A stretch of 64,000 bases of DNA. It comes from Psammoneis japonica (Eukaryota). Of the stretch, positions 62,836 to 64,000 are shown one piece after another. Made by a program: the position numbers and the translations under genes. The notes beneath the pieces are model-generated. The model was given only the letters and a program-made list of their open reading frames with translations. It had not been told where the DNA came from and did no database searches. Each line of letters starts with the position of its first letter. Positions within the stretch are counted from its first letter, which is position 1. The stretch is from assembly GCA_008632985.1 (NCBI GenBank), contig QPGO01000150.1, positions 1 through 64,000 of the forward strand, in the 5' to 3' direction.

Positions 62836-64000
62836 CATGCCAACATTGTCACATTGAATTCTCGTTCTAACAGGAAGAAGGCCGCCGGTGATTTGTTGTC
62901 ATTCGCAATGAACAAAAGTGACGATTGCAAGGAGGAGTCAATTGACGAGAAAACAAGCGAACTTCCAACCACTTGCATGGGTGAAGAGGACAAAAGCAAA
63001 GAGCCCATTGACGATGAGCACAACCAAGTTGCACATTGCTCCGAGGGTGAAGAGGACCACAGCGACTTGGGAGATTGTTTCGCAGGTGACGAAACCAGCG
63101 GGGAAACACACAATGTGCTGTGGTTGGGGATGACCCATCCGCTCAATGCAAGGCATCTATCTTCTCAAGAATTGTGCTCTGAGAGGGGTGGCCTCAGTGT
63201 CGTCCGACCAACACAGGCGAGATGAGGCCCGCGCAATGGCATTTGAGGAAACTGACAAAACAACCACAAACGTCGTTCCAACAGTTTCTCTCCAAGATGG
63301 CCATCCTGATCTGCGTTTAAATTGCAGTGTGAGAGCAAGAGATTTTGTCAAGAGAGTCAAGCAGCAGTTTGAGAAACTTGTTGATTTCGACAATCATGGG
63401 TTCGACCAAATCATGTTGGACCACTGCTGGATGCCAGATGGAGAGTGGCGTGACAGTCGTTTTGGGACGACTCAATTTTTCCAGAGTCCAATTGATCTTT
63501 GGGCCTTGCTCTCCAAAAACGAAGAAGGGGGGGACATGGTGATTCCCTTTGCTCTTGCAACCTTCTTCCAGGTTGTCAAACACATGCCAACATTGTCACA
63601 TTGAATTCTCGTTCTAACAGGAAGAAGGCCGCCGGTGATTTGTTGTCATTCGCAATGAACAAAAGTGACGATTGCAAGGAGGAGTCAATTGACGAGAAAA
63701 CAAGCGAACTTCCAACCACTTGCATGGGTGAAGAGGACAAAAGCGAAGAGCCCATTGACGATGAGCACAACCAAGTTGCACATTGCTCTGAGGGTGAAGA
63801 GGACCACAGCGACTTGGGAGATTGTTTCGCAAGTGACGAAACCAACGGGGAAACACACAATGTGCTGTGGTTGGGGATGACCCGTCCGCTCAATGCAAGG
63901 CATCTATCTTCTCAAGAATTGTGCTCTGAGAAGGGGGTGGCCTCAGTGTCGTCCGACCAACACAGGCGAGACGAGGCCCGCGCAATGGCATTTGAGGAAA
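62836..64000 (+). repeat. Recent direct duplication, period 747 bp (62836-63253 matches 63583-64000; runs off the window)
   Basis: Near-identical copies; 4 of about 7 differences are CG vs TG/CA. Confidence 0.9.

Noticed and set aside
38700..64000. Dense overlapping Cys/His-rich ORFs in all six frames as novel metal-binding small proteins
   Set aside because: By-product of TpA loss: TAA/TAG stops vanish and Tyr becomes Cys/His, inflating ORF number and length.

Overview
Eukaryotic DNA, most likely a diatom: short GT-AG introns, a diatom-type (CoDi-like) Copia element, and Pro/Thr-rich secreted proteins. Many 1-bp indels in homopolymers suggest an imperfectly polished long-read assembly. About 0-38.5 kb is gene-rich: a 7-repeat single-pass membrane protein, two paralogous secreted M64-like metalloproteases, a BIRC6/UBE2O-like E2, two mitochondrial-type PEPCK paralogs (one lacking most catalytic residues), an imine-reductase-like dehydrogenase, glutathione reductase, SIL1, a urea transporter and a multidomain subtilisin. 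About 38.7-64 kb, plus blocks at about 4.7-8.5 and 12.2-14.35 kb, is repeat/TE-derived. It includes a full-length Copia with LTRs, TSD, PBS and PPT, and a degenerate Gypsy. The most striking signal is that these blocks have lost nearly all TpA dinucleotides, converted to TpG/CpA. Conserved Tyr codons became Cys/His, and surviving TAs are mostly TTAA/CTAG/CTAA/TTAG. Neighbouring genes and two small nested TIR elements are unaffected. This looks like a repeat-targeted A:T->G:C hypermutation process, the mirror image of fungal RIP, unless it is a modified-base basecalling artefact. All counts are by eye and approximate.
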